Of a stretch of 64,000 nucleotides of DNA, positions 50,480-61,949 are shown piece after piece (position 1 is the first letter of the stretch; each line of letters begins with the position of its first letter). Below the pieces are notes generated by a model, which was given only the letters and a program-made list of their open reading frames with translations, was not told where the DNA came from and made no database searches. The position numbers and the translations under genes were made by a program. The stretch comes from Hypanus sabinus. Lineage: Eukaryota. Location: the NCBI RefSeq assembly GCF_030144855.1, contig NC_082716.1, forward strand, positions 68,758,001 to 68,822,000, written 5' to 3'.

Positions 50480-53400
50480 ATAGCTTCATAAAAATGTTGT
50501 TTAGAAGTGTGTTATGGCAATATTTTGAATTCCATCTAACGGTCCCTACAATCTGCCAGTCTGACGCCACTGAAGTCTCAAACCTAGCCAGATTACTAGA
50601 GTTTTATTGCATATGATACCTTATGCACATTCATTAAAATGAAACAAACTTTACAGGACTATAATATAATTTTTGGTTAAACAATTATCATTTGAAACTT
50701 AGCTGTAGGGAGATTAGGAAGCATCACTGTCCATCGTTTACTGATTCTCCAATCTGATATTTCCCATAGAACAGTCGCAAAGACTGTACAAGAAATAGGT
50801 CTTGCTCAGTTTGGTGGTGAGACATTGCACAAGACAGTAATGACCATCCGTCAGCACTGACAGCAAAAAAATTAAGAGAACTACAATGATTAACAAAGCA
50901 TTGTTCTCTTCTCACGGTTATAATCAGGAAGGAGGTATAAAAGCCTGAAGGCACACACTCAGTGATTCAGGAACAACAACTTCCCCTCTGCCATACGATT
51001 TCTAAATGAACACTGAATCCATGCACTCTACCTTACTACATTTTTTAATTTCTGTTTTTTTTTTGCTCTACTTATTTTAATTTAACTATTTAATAGATAT
51101 ATATATATACTTACTGTAATTCAGTTCTTTTTTCTCTATATTTACTTATCATGTATTTCATTGTACTGCTGCCAAAAAGTTAACAAATCTCATGACGTAT
51201 GCTGGTGATATTAAACCTGATTCTGATCTGAAATGAAATGTAGATGATAGAAAACTGGATTCAATGTTATAGCAGAATATGAGTAACTCTACATCTGCTC
51301 CATATTGTTCTTGCGCTGGAGGTGTTTGTATTGAGGGACTGAATATTAAGGTGGTAAAGCTTTTAGTCCATTTACACTAATATCCCTCACTTTAATGGTT
51401 ACAGCCAAAAACAGTCACAATCCTGAAATACTGGAAAACACAAATGGTTTCCACATGGGTGTCAACTGTGTAATTACTTTTATATAATGTAACTTAATCA
51501 CCTAAATGGTCATCAAATGTTCCATGAGCTAGTATTTATGTGTCATTATTAAAATAAGTACACCTCGCCCTCCTTTCAGAGTTCTGAGCTCTTACATCAA
51601 TAAGTCTAATTGTTTCACATTGCACATGGTGTCATGTTATTGGATATGTAGCTCATTAGACTTCAGAAAATATTTAATTCTAAAGATCTTCCCTGTAATG
51701 TGTAGAGAGTGTATCATGTTTCCATTATAATTGTAATATCTCATGCTGATCGTGTTCCTTAATTTCACTTGTGTTCAGCTTCAATAAAATGTCATATAAC
51801 TATCATATGTAGCAATAAAGTTATTTCCTATTGTCTGGTTTTTCTAGATGTTTGACTTCAGCTATCGCTTCCACTGTGCTTCTCCATTACAACACAAATA
51901 ACTTCGAACTGTTGCAGCCCTGCAGCATATGCAATCAAAAAGGATTAAATCTGATCTTTATTGCTTTCTCTACAAATGTGGTTCCCACTTATTGTGCTTG
52001 GCCAGTTATAATGTGAACTGGAGTTCTTTTGTTCTGATAAACAGATTTGGAACAGAAGACAGGAAGAGCAGAGAGAGCAGAATTATCAGCCCAGATTCCC
52101 TTGCAGGAGGAGGAAATGTTTTGAAGCAGGTTCTCTACCAAACCTGAAGATGTCACTCAAATCTGGGAGAGCTTCCAATTAAAGTGATAACTAATGTTAA
52201 ATGCTGACTCCTCTCCAGTAAGCACTTCTACTGAAAAGGATGCTGAATTTCTACTGTGTGTTCAGTGACTTCAACACAGGTTGCTCTATTCTGAGTCCAT
52301 CATGAGTAATGGGATTTGAAATATTTCCCATAAGACCCTAGGACATAGGAGTAGAATTAGGCCTTTCAGACCATCGAGTCTGCTCTGCCATTCCATCATG
52401 GCTGATTTATTCCTCTCAACCCCATTCTCCTGCCTTCTCCTTGAAACTTTTGATGCTCTGTTTAACCCAGGGTATATCAACCACTGCCATAAATATACCC
52501 AATGACTTGGCCTGCACAGCTATCCTTGGCAATGACTTCCACAGGTTCACCACCCTCTGGCTAAAGAAATTTTCCTCATCTCTGTTCTAAATGGACGTTC
52601 CTCTATTCTGAATCTTTGCCCTCTGGTTCTAGACTTCCCTACTATCGGAAACAACTTCTCCACATTCACTCTCTCTAGGCCTTTCAATATTTGACAGGTT
52701 TCAATGAAATTCCCTCTCATGATTCTGACCAGATCCAGAGCTATCAAACGCTCCTTGTACGTCAACTCTTTCTTTTCCAGAATCATTTTAGTGAACCTCC
52801 TCTGGACCCTCTCCAATGTCAGCACATCTTTTCTTAGATAAGGGTCCCAAAACAGCTCACAATACTCATAAAGCCTCATCATTATATTCTCGCTCATATA
52901 TTCTACTCCTCTCAAAATGAATGCTAACATTGCACTTGCCTTCCTCAGCAATGATTCAACTTGCAAGTTAACCTTTAGAGAATCCTGCATGAGGACTCCA
53001 AAGTTCCTTTGGACTTCTAATATTTGAATTTTCTCCTCATTTAGAAAATAGTCGATAGTTTTATTCCTTCTACCAAAGTGCATGACCGTACACTTCCCGA
53101 TGTTGTATTCCATCTGTCTCTTCTCTGCCATTCTTCCAATCTTTCTAACTCCTTCTGCTTCCTCAATGCCACCTGCCCTCCACCTGTCGTTGCATTGCCA
53201 CAAACTTGGCCACAAAGCCATCAATATCAACATCTAAATCATTGACGTATAATGCGAAATGAAGCGGTCCCACATTAACCCTTCCAGAACATCAACCAGA
53301 AAACTCCCACACTTTGCCTCTTGCCAGTTAGCGAATCTTATATTCATGCTAGTATCTTTTCTGTAATACTGTGGGTTCATATCCTGTGTAGCAGCCTCAT

Positions 53401-54350
53401 GTGCAGCACCTTGTCAAGGGCCTTTTGAAACTCCAGGTAAACAACACCCACTGACTTCCCTTTGTCTATCTTGCCTGTTACTTTCTCAAAGAATTCCAAC
53501 AGATTTTTCAGGCAAGATTTCCCCTTGAGGTAACCATGCTGACTTTAGCCTATTTTATCATGTGCCTCCAACTACCCCAAACCCTTATCCTTAGAACTGG
53601 ACTTCAACATCTTCCCGACCACTGAGTTAAGGCTAACTGGTCTTTTATTTCCTTTATTCTGCCTCCCTCCCTTCTCTCCCCAGAACCATTCCAGAAATCA
53701 ATGACTCTTGAAAGATCATTACTAATGCCTCCTCAGTCTCTTCAGCCACCTCTTCCAGAACCCTGGGATGTAGTCTATCTGGTCCAAGTGACTTATCTAC
53801 CTTCAGACCTTTCAACTTCCCAAGCACCTTCTCCTTAGTTATAGCAAGTACACTCACTTCTGCCCTCTAACACTCTCGAATTTCTAGCATCTTGTTAGTG
53901 TCTTCCACGGCGAAGCCTGACACAAAATACTTACTAATTTCATCTGCCATTTCTTTGTCTCCCATTACTACCTTTCTAGGGGTCCAATATTTGCTCTTAC
54001 TTCTCTTTTATCCTTTATATAAGGGTTCCTTTGCCTTAAGCTCCTTAATCAAATCTGGTTCATTCACAACATTCAATCCAGAATTGCCTTTGCCCTAGTG
54101 AGCTCAACCACAAGCTGCTCTAAAAAGCTTCTCCTTTTATTAAATAATAAATTCATCTAATTAATTTAACCATGTGGTATATTTGGCATTGTTGACCAAA
54201 GAAGTTCCATACCAACTTCACGTGTTAAGATGCTGCTTGGCTCCATGACTATAGTTATTTTTAGAGGTGTAGATTTGTTGAGGAAGACAAGACTCCTTTT
54301 AATTTTGTAAGCCTATGACTAATAAATTAAATTGACCTGGCTTGAAAATC
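50480..54350 (-). pseudogene. Mab-21-like domain remnants D4 and D5 (split by CR1 52329-54130 and a Rex1 tail 50905-51230)
   Basis: D4: KPGQFNLLVIGLQN*KES..WLN*LDEF (54345-54155), WRSTVEAIAEVKHLEKPD..LYDILLKL. D5: ILAHGTFDDHL, DGHYCLV..LENQ*TMDSD, SYAIK/TLVIW, SDW..KYC..LNNIF. The segment 52240-51230 stays in one frame but contains about 17 stops. Confidence 0.6.
52329..54130 (-). mobile_element. CR1 LINE (3' half, internal deletion)
   Basis: ORF 52547..53233 RT C-terminus; SLGPDRLHPRVL. Confidence 0.88.
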
Positions 54351-55920
54351 CTCTACCTTCCCACTAATTTTCCTCTCTTTTGCTTTTATGCTGTTTATGA
54401 CTTCTCTTGTCAGCTACAGTTGCTTCATGCTCACTGTAGATTACTTCTTCATCTTTGAGATGTATATTTCCCACATTTATTGCTGTGTATACACCAATGT
54501 ATATTTGATGTATATTTCACACCAGCAGAATCAACAAACTCATTCGTAAGGCCAGTGATGTTGTGGGGGTGGAACTGGACTCTCTGGTGGTGGTGTCTGA
54601 AAAGAGGATGCTGTCCAAGTTGCATGCCATCTTGGACAATGTCTCCCATCCACTGCTTAATGTACTGGTTAGGCACAGGAGTACATTCAGCCAGAGACTC
54701 ATTCCACCGAGGTGCAACACTGAGCGTCATAGGAAGTAATTCCTGCCTGTGGCCATCGAACTTTACAACTCCTCCCTTGGAGTGTCAGACACCCTAAGCC
54801 AATAGGCTGGTCCTGGACTAATTTCCACTTGGCATTATTTACTTATAATTATTTGATTATTTATGGTTTTATATTGCTATATTTCTACACTATTCTTGGT
54901 TGGTGCGACTGTAACGAAACCCAGTTTCCCTCGGGATCATTAAAGTATGTCTGTCTGTCTGTTTGTCTGTTCCCGTGCCTTCCAAATTACTCCCAGAAAC
55001 TCCAGCCATTACTATTCTGTTATCATCCCCGTTATTGTCCACTTCTAATCAACTTTGGCCAGCTCCTCTCTCATGCTACTGCGTCTCTTTAGTCCATTAT
55101 AATACTGAACTGTTTGATTTTAGCTTCTACTTCTCAAACGGCAGGGTGAATTCTATCATATTAAGTTCAAAAGTTCCAAGTAAATTTATTATCAAGTAAT
55201 AATATGTCACGATATAGAACCCTGAGATTCATTTTCTTCTGAGCATACTCGATAAATCTATCAAATAATAACTATAACAGAATCAATGAAAGACTTCCCA
55301 GTTGTCTCCTACATGTTCCTTCACCTTAAGATCCCTAATCAAATCTAAACACCAAATCAGAATTGCTGCTTCCCTGGAGGGCTCCACCACAAACTGCTCT
55401 AAAAAGCCATCTCATAGGCATTCTACAAATTCCCCCTCTTGGGGTCCAGCATCTACTTGATTTTCCAATCTAACTGCACATTGAAATCCTGTGTAACTAC
55501 TGCAAAATTGCCCTATTGACATGCCTTTTCTATATCTTGTTGAACTTTGTAGCTCACCTGCTGGCTACTGTTTGGAAGGCTGTATATACTGTAACTCCTA
55601 TCAGGATCTTTTTACACTTGCAGCTTCTTAACTCTATCCACAAGGATTCTACACCTTCTGATCCTATGTCACCTCTTTCTAAGGATTTGATTTTATTTTT
55701 TCACCAACAGAGCCAGCCCACTCCCTCTGCCTACCTGCTTGTCCTTTCAATACAATGTGTATCATTGGATGTTAAACTCCAAAGTTCCTACATCTCACAC
55801 AAGGAACATACCACTATCTCTGGACTCATTCTCAGCACGTTAGCTATATACTAACAGAGAAAAAAAAACACTTACTGAAAACATCTGTCTGTGCTTATCC
55901 CAGCCTGTTCTCGCTCAAGT
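54347..55920 (-). mobile_element. CR1 LINE (5' part) with Rex-type insertions
   Basis: Similar to 8050-9050 and 15950-16850. Confidence 0.8.
54519..54970 (+). mobile_element. Young Rex1-type 3' end, same family as 6530-7475
   Basis: Near-identical to 7032-7475; (gtct)n tail. Confidence 0.92.
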
Positions 55921-56227
55921 CTTGTGTGAGATGTGGGAACTTTAGAAGATCTCCAACCTCCCTGATAACTACATCTGCACAAAGTGCACTGAGCTGTAGT
56001 GCCTTAGAGACCGTGTTAAGGATCTGGAGCTGCAGATGGATGACCTTCGGCTCATACAGGAAAATGAGGAGGTGATAGATAGGAGCTCAGGGATGTAGTC
56101 ACCCCTAAGTTGCAGAAAGCAGCTAGCTGGGAGACTTCAGGAGAGGGAAAGGGAATAGGGGGCCAGTGGCTGTTCTCCTCAATAATAAGTATACTGCTTT
56201 GGATACTGTTGGAGGGGAGTAACCTGC

Positions 56228-56960
56228 CACCCTGCCCTAAAATTTCCAACACCTCCCTCCCCTTTCTCAACTTCTCTGTCTTCATCTCTGGAGACATTCT
56301 ATCTACTGATATCTTTTATAAACCTATTGACTCTCAGAGCTACCTGGACTATTCTCTTCCCACCCTGTCATTTGTAAAAATGCCATCCCCTTCTCTCAGT
56401 TCCTCCGTCTCCACCACAGCATGAGGTTTTTCATTCCAGAACTACTGAGATGTCCTCCTTCTTCATAGAAAGTGGCTTAACTTCCTCCATCATTAATCCT
56501 GCTTTCACCTGCATTGCTTCCATTTTGCGCACATTTGCCCTCACCCCATCCTCCTGCCGCCACACCAGGGATAGGGTTCCCTCCCTCTCCTTCACTATTC
56601 CCCATTCTTGTTTCCCTCTCTCATTAATCTCCTTACCTGCCCATCACCTCCCTCTGGTGTGCCTCCTCTTTCCTTTCCTATCAAATTCCCTCTTCTCCAG
56701 CCCTTTATCTCTTTCACCAATCAACTTTACTTCACCTCCTCCTCCTCTCCCGGTTTCACCTATCACCTACCACCTTCTTGTTGCCCTCCTCCCCCTTCGT
56801 ACTCTGACTTCTCCACTTTCTTTCCAGTCTTGATGAAAGGTCTCAGCCTGAAACATCGACTGTTACTCTTTTCTGTGGATGCTACAGTCCTGCTGAGTTC
56901 CTCCAGCATTTTGTATGAGTTGTTTCGGATTTCCAGCAACTTCAGATTTTCTTGTATTTT
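56228..56960 (+). mobile_element. Penelope-like element
   Basis: LPFL..SV.ISGD.LSTDIFYKP.DS.SYLDY; hammerhead remnant at 56825-56862. Confidence 0.85.
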
Positions 56961-57049
56961 GTCTCGCTCATGTCTGCTGATCCAACACCTGACCACTCTA
57001 ACACTGTCTACTCACACAATGGCTGCTCAGCTTACACCTCACTTCTTTT

Positions 57050-57690
57050 TATTGGCCCTTGGTGAGTGCCTGATAGATTGATGTGAATGCAGACCACCAA
57101 AAATTCCTGTTTTTAAGATTGTACTGCATCACCAACGAATGACCTCGCACACTGATTGCAAAGTGGCACTTGTCATGACTCCACAAAAGGTTTCTCACCT
57201 CTCTTTGCTTCATTTGCCATCGAATGCAGAGCAATGGCCAGACAGACAATGTTCTTGTCCACTTTTACCTGTCCACTTACTGAACAGGCAGGCTAAGCAT
57301 AATAGATTGCAGACCTACAGAGATCAGTGGCATTCAGGCCTCAGCCAACCATACTTTCTATTAGGCGAAGCCATATCTATTAAAGTACTGCCTCTTCCAT
57401 AGCACCCTTTGGCAACAGCGTGAGATTTCCCTGACTCCCAGCTTCGCATTCTCTATCTCCATCTGGACTGATAGATTACCAGCAGATTACCAGTTTTATC
57501 TAGTGTCAAATATATTATTTCCTAAGATGTTGTAGGCTTGATTCACAACATTTATTTTTCAAAATATATTCAATATTATTAATAGCTGCAAGATTCTCCT
57601 TTTTTGTAATGTTTTGCAACTAAACCTGTTCATCATACTTCTTTCTCACTGAATATTGGAAACATTCACACCAATACATTTGTTTCCTCT
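57050..57690 (-). pseudogene. Mab-21-like domain remnant D3 (N-lobe)
   Basis: KKYDEQV*LQ...AINNIEYILKN spine-like helix, then LTLLPKGAMEE/IDMASPN, resembling the hG[S/A]xxE..xP activation-loop motif. Confidence 0.45.
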
Positions 57691-59445
57691 CTAGCCACTG
57701 GAGAGGCCCCAGACAGTCGGTGAGTAGTTAATGTTGTTCTGTCATTAAAGAAAGGAACCAGGGCTAATCCTAGAAACTATAGACTGTGAGTCTCATGTCA
57801 GTGGTAGGGAAGCTATTGGAGAGAATTCTTAGGGATAGATTTTGTGAGCATTTGGAAATCCATTGCCTACTTAGGGAGAGCCAACATGGCTTTGTGTGGG
57901 GCAAGCCATGTCTTATTAACTTGATTGTGTTTTTTTAAGGTGTGGCAACCGTGATGGACGAAAGTAGATGATGAAGTTGTGGATGTTGTCTACATGAACT
58001 TTAGTAAGGTGTTAGACAAGGTCCATCATGGGAAACACATCCAGAAGATTAAGGTGCATGGGATCCATGGTCAATTGGCTGATTGGATTCAGAACTGGCT
58101 TGCCTATAGAAAACAGAGAGTGGTGGTTGAAGGGACTTATTGTAACTGAATTGTCATTAGTGGTGTTTTACAGGGATCTGTAATGGGGCCTCTGCTGTTT
58201 ATATAGCAATGTATATAAAAGACCTGGATGAAATTATAATTGTGTGGGTTAGTAAATTTGTGGACGATACCAAGATTGCTGGAGTTGTGGATGGTTGAGA
58301 AGACAGGCAAAGAATACAACATGATATAGGTCAGCTGCAGATATGGGCTGAAAAGTGACGGATGGAGTTTAACCTGGCCAAGCGTGAAGTGTTGCACTTT
58401 GGTAGGTCAAATGTAAAGAGGCAGTATGCTGTTAAGAGCAAGACCCTTAACAGTGTTGAAGAGCAGAGAGATCTTGGGGTCCAAGTTCATAGCTCTTTGA
58501 AAGTGGCTACACAGGTTGATAGGGTGGTTAAAAAATATGACATGCTTGTCTTTATTAGTCAAGATACTGAGTTCAGAAGTCAGGAAGTTACGTTGTAGTT
58601 TTATAAAATGCTATTCAGGCTGCATCTGGAGTATTGCATTCTGTTCTGGTCACCAAATATCGAAAATTGTTGAGGCTTTGAAGAGGTCTACCAAGATGCT
58701 GCCTGGATTGGAGGGCATGTGCTATAATGAGAGGTCAGACAAACCTGGATTGTTTTCTCTGGAATAGTGGAGACTGTTAGAAGTCAAACGTTTATGAGAG
58801 GCATAGATGGACTAGACAGACATTATTTTTTCCTAGGGTTGAAATGTCTAATACCAGTGGGCATGCATTGAAGGTATTTTCAATAGGAGTAATTGGGGTA
58901 ATTTCAAAGGAGATGAGAAGAGCAAGCTTTTTGTGTTGAGTGCCTGGGATGCTGGTAAAACAGATTTGTTAGGCTTTTTTTAATAAACGAGGGGTGATTG
59001 ACAAGTTCGTGGCCTAAGGTAGAAGGAGTCAATTTTAGAAAACCTAGCACATTTATTTTTTCAACATAGTCCCCTCCTACATTTACACACTTAGTCCAGT
59101 GGTCGTGGAGCATACGGATCTTGGACCTCCAGAAAGTGTCCACAGCAGGGGTGATTGATAAGTTTGTGGCCTAAGGTAGAAGGAGATGAGTTATACAGCT
59201 CTCGTTACATGCACATGCAGGTCAACTCTTTGAGTGATTATGCAGAAAGTTTGAAGTTAATAACGCATCTTCTTCTACTTTAGACCACAAACTTATCAAT
59301 CACCCCTCATTTATTTAGATAGACACATGAATGTGAAGAAAATGAAGGGATATGGACATTGTGTAGACTGAATAGATTAATTTAGTTGGTCATTTGATTA
59401 CAAATTTAATTGATTTGGCACAACATTGTGTTGTACTGTTCTAAA
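57690..59445 (+). mobile_element. CR1 LINE (RT to 3' end)
   Basis: NYR..SL, QHGF, MEFN.AK.EVLHFGRSN, QRDLGVQVH.SLK. Confidence 0.88.
58988..59309 (-). mobile_element. Non-autonomous mariner element with three TIR copies
   Basis: TIR gaggggtgattga(c/t)aagtt at 58988, internal at 59147, inverted at 59270-59309; mariner C-terminal remnant WTKCVNVGGDYVEK. Confidence 0.88.
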
Positions 59446-59469
59446 TTTTTTTAAAAACAGGCTACATTG

Positions 59470-60400
59470 GATAGCTGAAGTTGCTTTTCAACCAAATAAT
59501 TAGGGGTTCCCTTAAAACTCACCAGGATTTTCCTAAACAAAAAGTACACTGCAGATGCTGTGGTCAAATCAACACGTACAAACAAGCTGGAGGAACTCAG
59601 CAGGTCGGGCATCATCCGTTGAAACGAGCAGTCAACATTTCAGGCCAACTCGTTTCAACGGATGCTGCCCGACCTGCTGAGTTCCTCCAGCTTGTTTGTC
59701 CCAGGATTTTCCTTGCTCTTGACATTGCCGCAATTCCCTTTCAATTTTTCATAGCCTTAACTGACCATCCTGTGTTCATTTCCATGAGACACAGATACCT
59801 TGCCTCTCATAGTTCTTTCCAGTCTTTACCAACCATCACACTCTGGTAAATTTTCAGCACCCAATGCTACGAGAACTCTATTTATTAATCTATGATAACA
59901 GTTTTTCCATTATGACTTTGGATAAACAAGCTCCTTCTAATTAATGCTCTCCTTCACATCATTATCAACTATTTTATACAAAAGCCACGCTTTGAACACT
60001 TTTTGATACATTTTAGGATCCAGATAATCTGCCACATAACAAAGCTTTCATCTTAAAAATGTAACTTGAGGAGAGACCATTAGAAATTTGTCATGGAGTA
60101 TTTTGTTTTTTTTTAAATACAAGGGATTATTATACTTCTACAATAATATCCTGTGGGAGGAGATAACCTAATTTAGGCCAATAACAACAATACTTTAGCC
60201 TTTCAGTTACTTGAGGTATTGATAAAAATAATGGGGACCATTGCAAATTACAGAAAATAAGATACATGATCTGACCTGATTAACTTTAAAGGCATTGTTC
60301 GTGCCTTCAAAATCTAGGACAATGAGTCACCTAGCTCTTTATGCTTTAATAAAACTGATCCCTTCATAAAAATGTACATTCTTTACAGAAAAGTATCAAC
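59470..60400 (-). pseudogene. Mab-21-like domain remnant D2 (C-terminal two-thirds; interrupted by hairpin insertion 59535-59700)
   Basis: FAMVPIIFI..WPKLGYLLPQDIIVEV..QKVFKAWLLYK..CYHRLINRVLVALGAENLPECDGW..LKGNC..F*GNP*LF follows the Mab-21 order VP / WP / helix-K / YHxK..P...W / NLF. Confidence 0.6.
59535..59700. mobile_element. 166-bp Penelope-derived hairpin insertion
   Basis: 13-bp TSD ccaggattttcct (59522-59534 and 59701-59713); 51-bp arms 59578-59628 / 59649-59699 with 1 mismatch. Confidence 0.9.
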
Positions 60401-60789
60401 AGTCCCAGCCAGCCCCTCCCTCTTGTAGTGAGTAACCCCAGTCATATTTTCTTTCCACTTATTCATTTTAAGTGATTGGGGCATCACTAGCAAGAACAGT
60501 GTTTATTCTCCCTTTCTAAATACCTGGTGGTCAGCCACCTTCTTGAAAGGGTATATTCCTTTTGGCAAAAGGACTTACTGAGTAGAGAGCTCCAGGTTTA
60601 AACCTAGCTCCATATTTCCAAGTCGGAATGGGATGGTGAGGAATGTCGCTCGCAGGTGTCGCACAAGGAGGTTGCAGGGACTGAGAGCAGCAGAGGAAGT
60701 AATCTCAGTGTCTTTGACTCCTTGCTGTATCTCAGAAGCAGGTCACTGGCTTCACAAAGGGCGCTGGAGCACACGCTCCTGTCTGCAAG

Positions 60790-61800
60790 AACAATGTTGA
60801 GGTTGAGAGAGCTGAGAGCCTCAGGTTCCTAGGTGTCAGCATCACCTTGTTGTTGTCATGGCCAAGAAAGTTCACTACTGGCTCTGCCTCCTCAGAAGGC
60901 TAAAAAGATCTGGTTTGTCCCCATTGACCCTCACCAATTTTTATCCATGACCCATAAAAATCATTCTGATTGGAAGCACAACGACTTGGGATCTGAATAC
61001 ATCATGGCTTAGATGTATTCATTGTCACAGATGCTCTGGATGCCAAGTCATTAGGTATATTTAAGGTGGAGGCTGATAGGTTCTTGATTAGTAAGGGCAT
61101 TAAGATTATGGGGAGAAAGCAGGAGAGTGAGTTTGAGAGGGATAATAAATCAGCCATGGAATAGCAGAGCAGATTATAAGATCATAAGACATAGGAACAG
61201 ATGGGTTTAAAGGCCTAACTATGCTCTTATGTCTTATAGTCATGTGATATAGCAACACTCTGCACATGAACACAAGGAACTGCAGAGTTGTAGACACAGC
61301 ACAGAACATCTCCAGTCTCCCTTCTATGGACACTATCCATATGTCTTGCTGCCTCAGTAAATCAGCAAGCACCCATCCTGGTCAGACTCTTTCCTCTCCC
61401 CCCTCCTTAGGCCAAAACATACAAAAGCCTGAAAACATGTACCATCAAGCTGAAGAACAGCTTTATCCACTTCATTGTTCAGTTCGCCTTGTCCGATAAG
61501 ATGGACCATAAAAAAGTTCATCTTATCACACAGGGTGTCCATTCAATCAGTCTCTTGAATAGGACTCTAGTACAATAAGATGGTCTTTTGACTTTGCATT
61601 CTACCTTGTTATGACCTTGCACTTTATTGTTTCCCTGCACTGTACTTTATCTGTAGCTTGTTACACCATATTCTGCATTGTTACTGTTTTACCTTGTTTT
61701 ACTGCAAAGCAATATGCAATGATTTGATCTGTGTGAACAGTATGCAACACAAGCTTTTCACTGTATCTTGTCCTGTACATGGTACAATAATATACCAGTG
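60790..61800 (+). mobile_element. Old Rex1-type fragment with a nested CR1 tail (about 61000-61240)
   Basis: FLGV.I, KK....L..LRRLK, VV.TAQ.I remnants; CR1 3' UTR motif. Confidence 0.65.
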
Positions 61801-61949
61801 CCAATATTAAATATATTTCAAGAATGTATTTTGTTTCATTGGCTTTCCAAGAGTTGTACTTTGCATTCCTTATAGTTTGAGTTAGCAGGTATGCTAATTC
61901 CCACCTAAATCTAATATATTTTTTTAATAAAAACTTTTCTACCTAGATA

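Noticed and set aside
52045-52217. Plus-strand exon-like block with AG and GTAAGC
   Set aside because: Stops in all three frames, no partner exons, and it lies antisense to the Mab-21 remnant.
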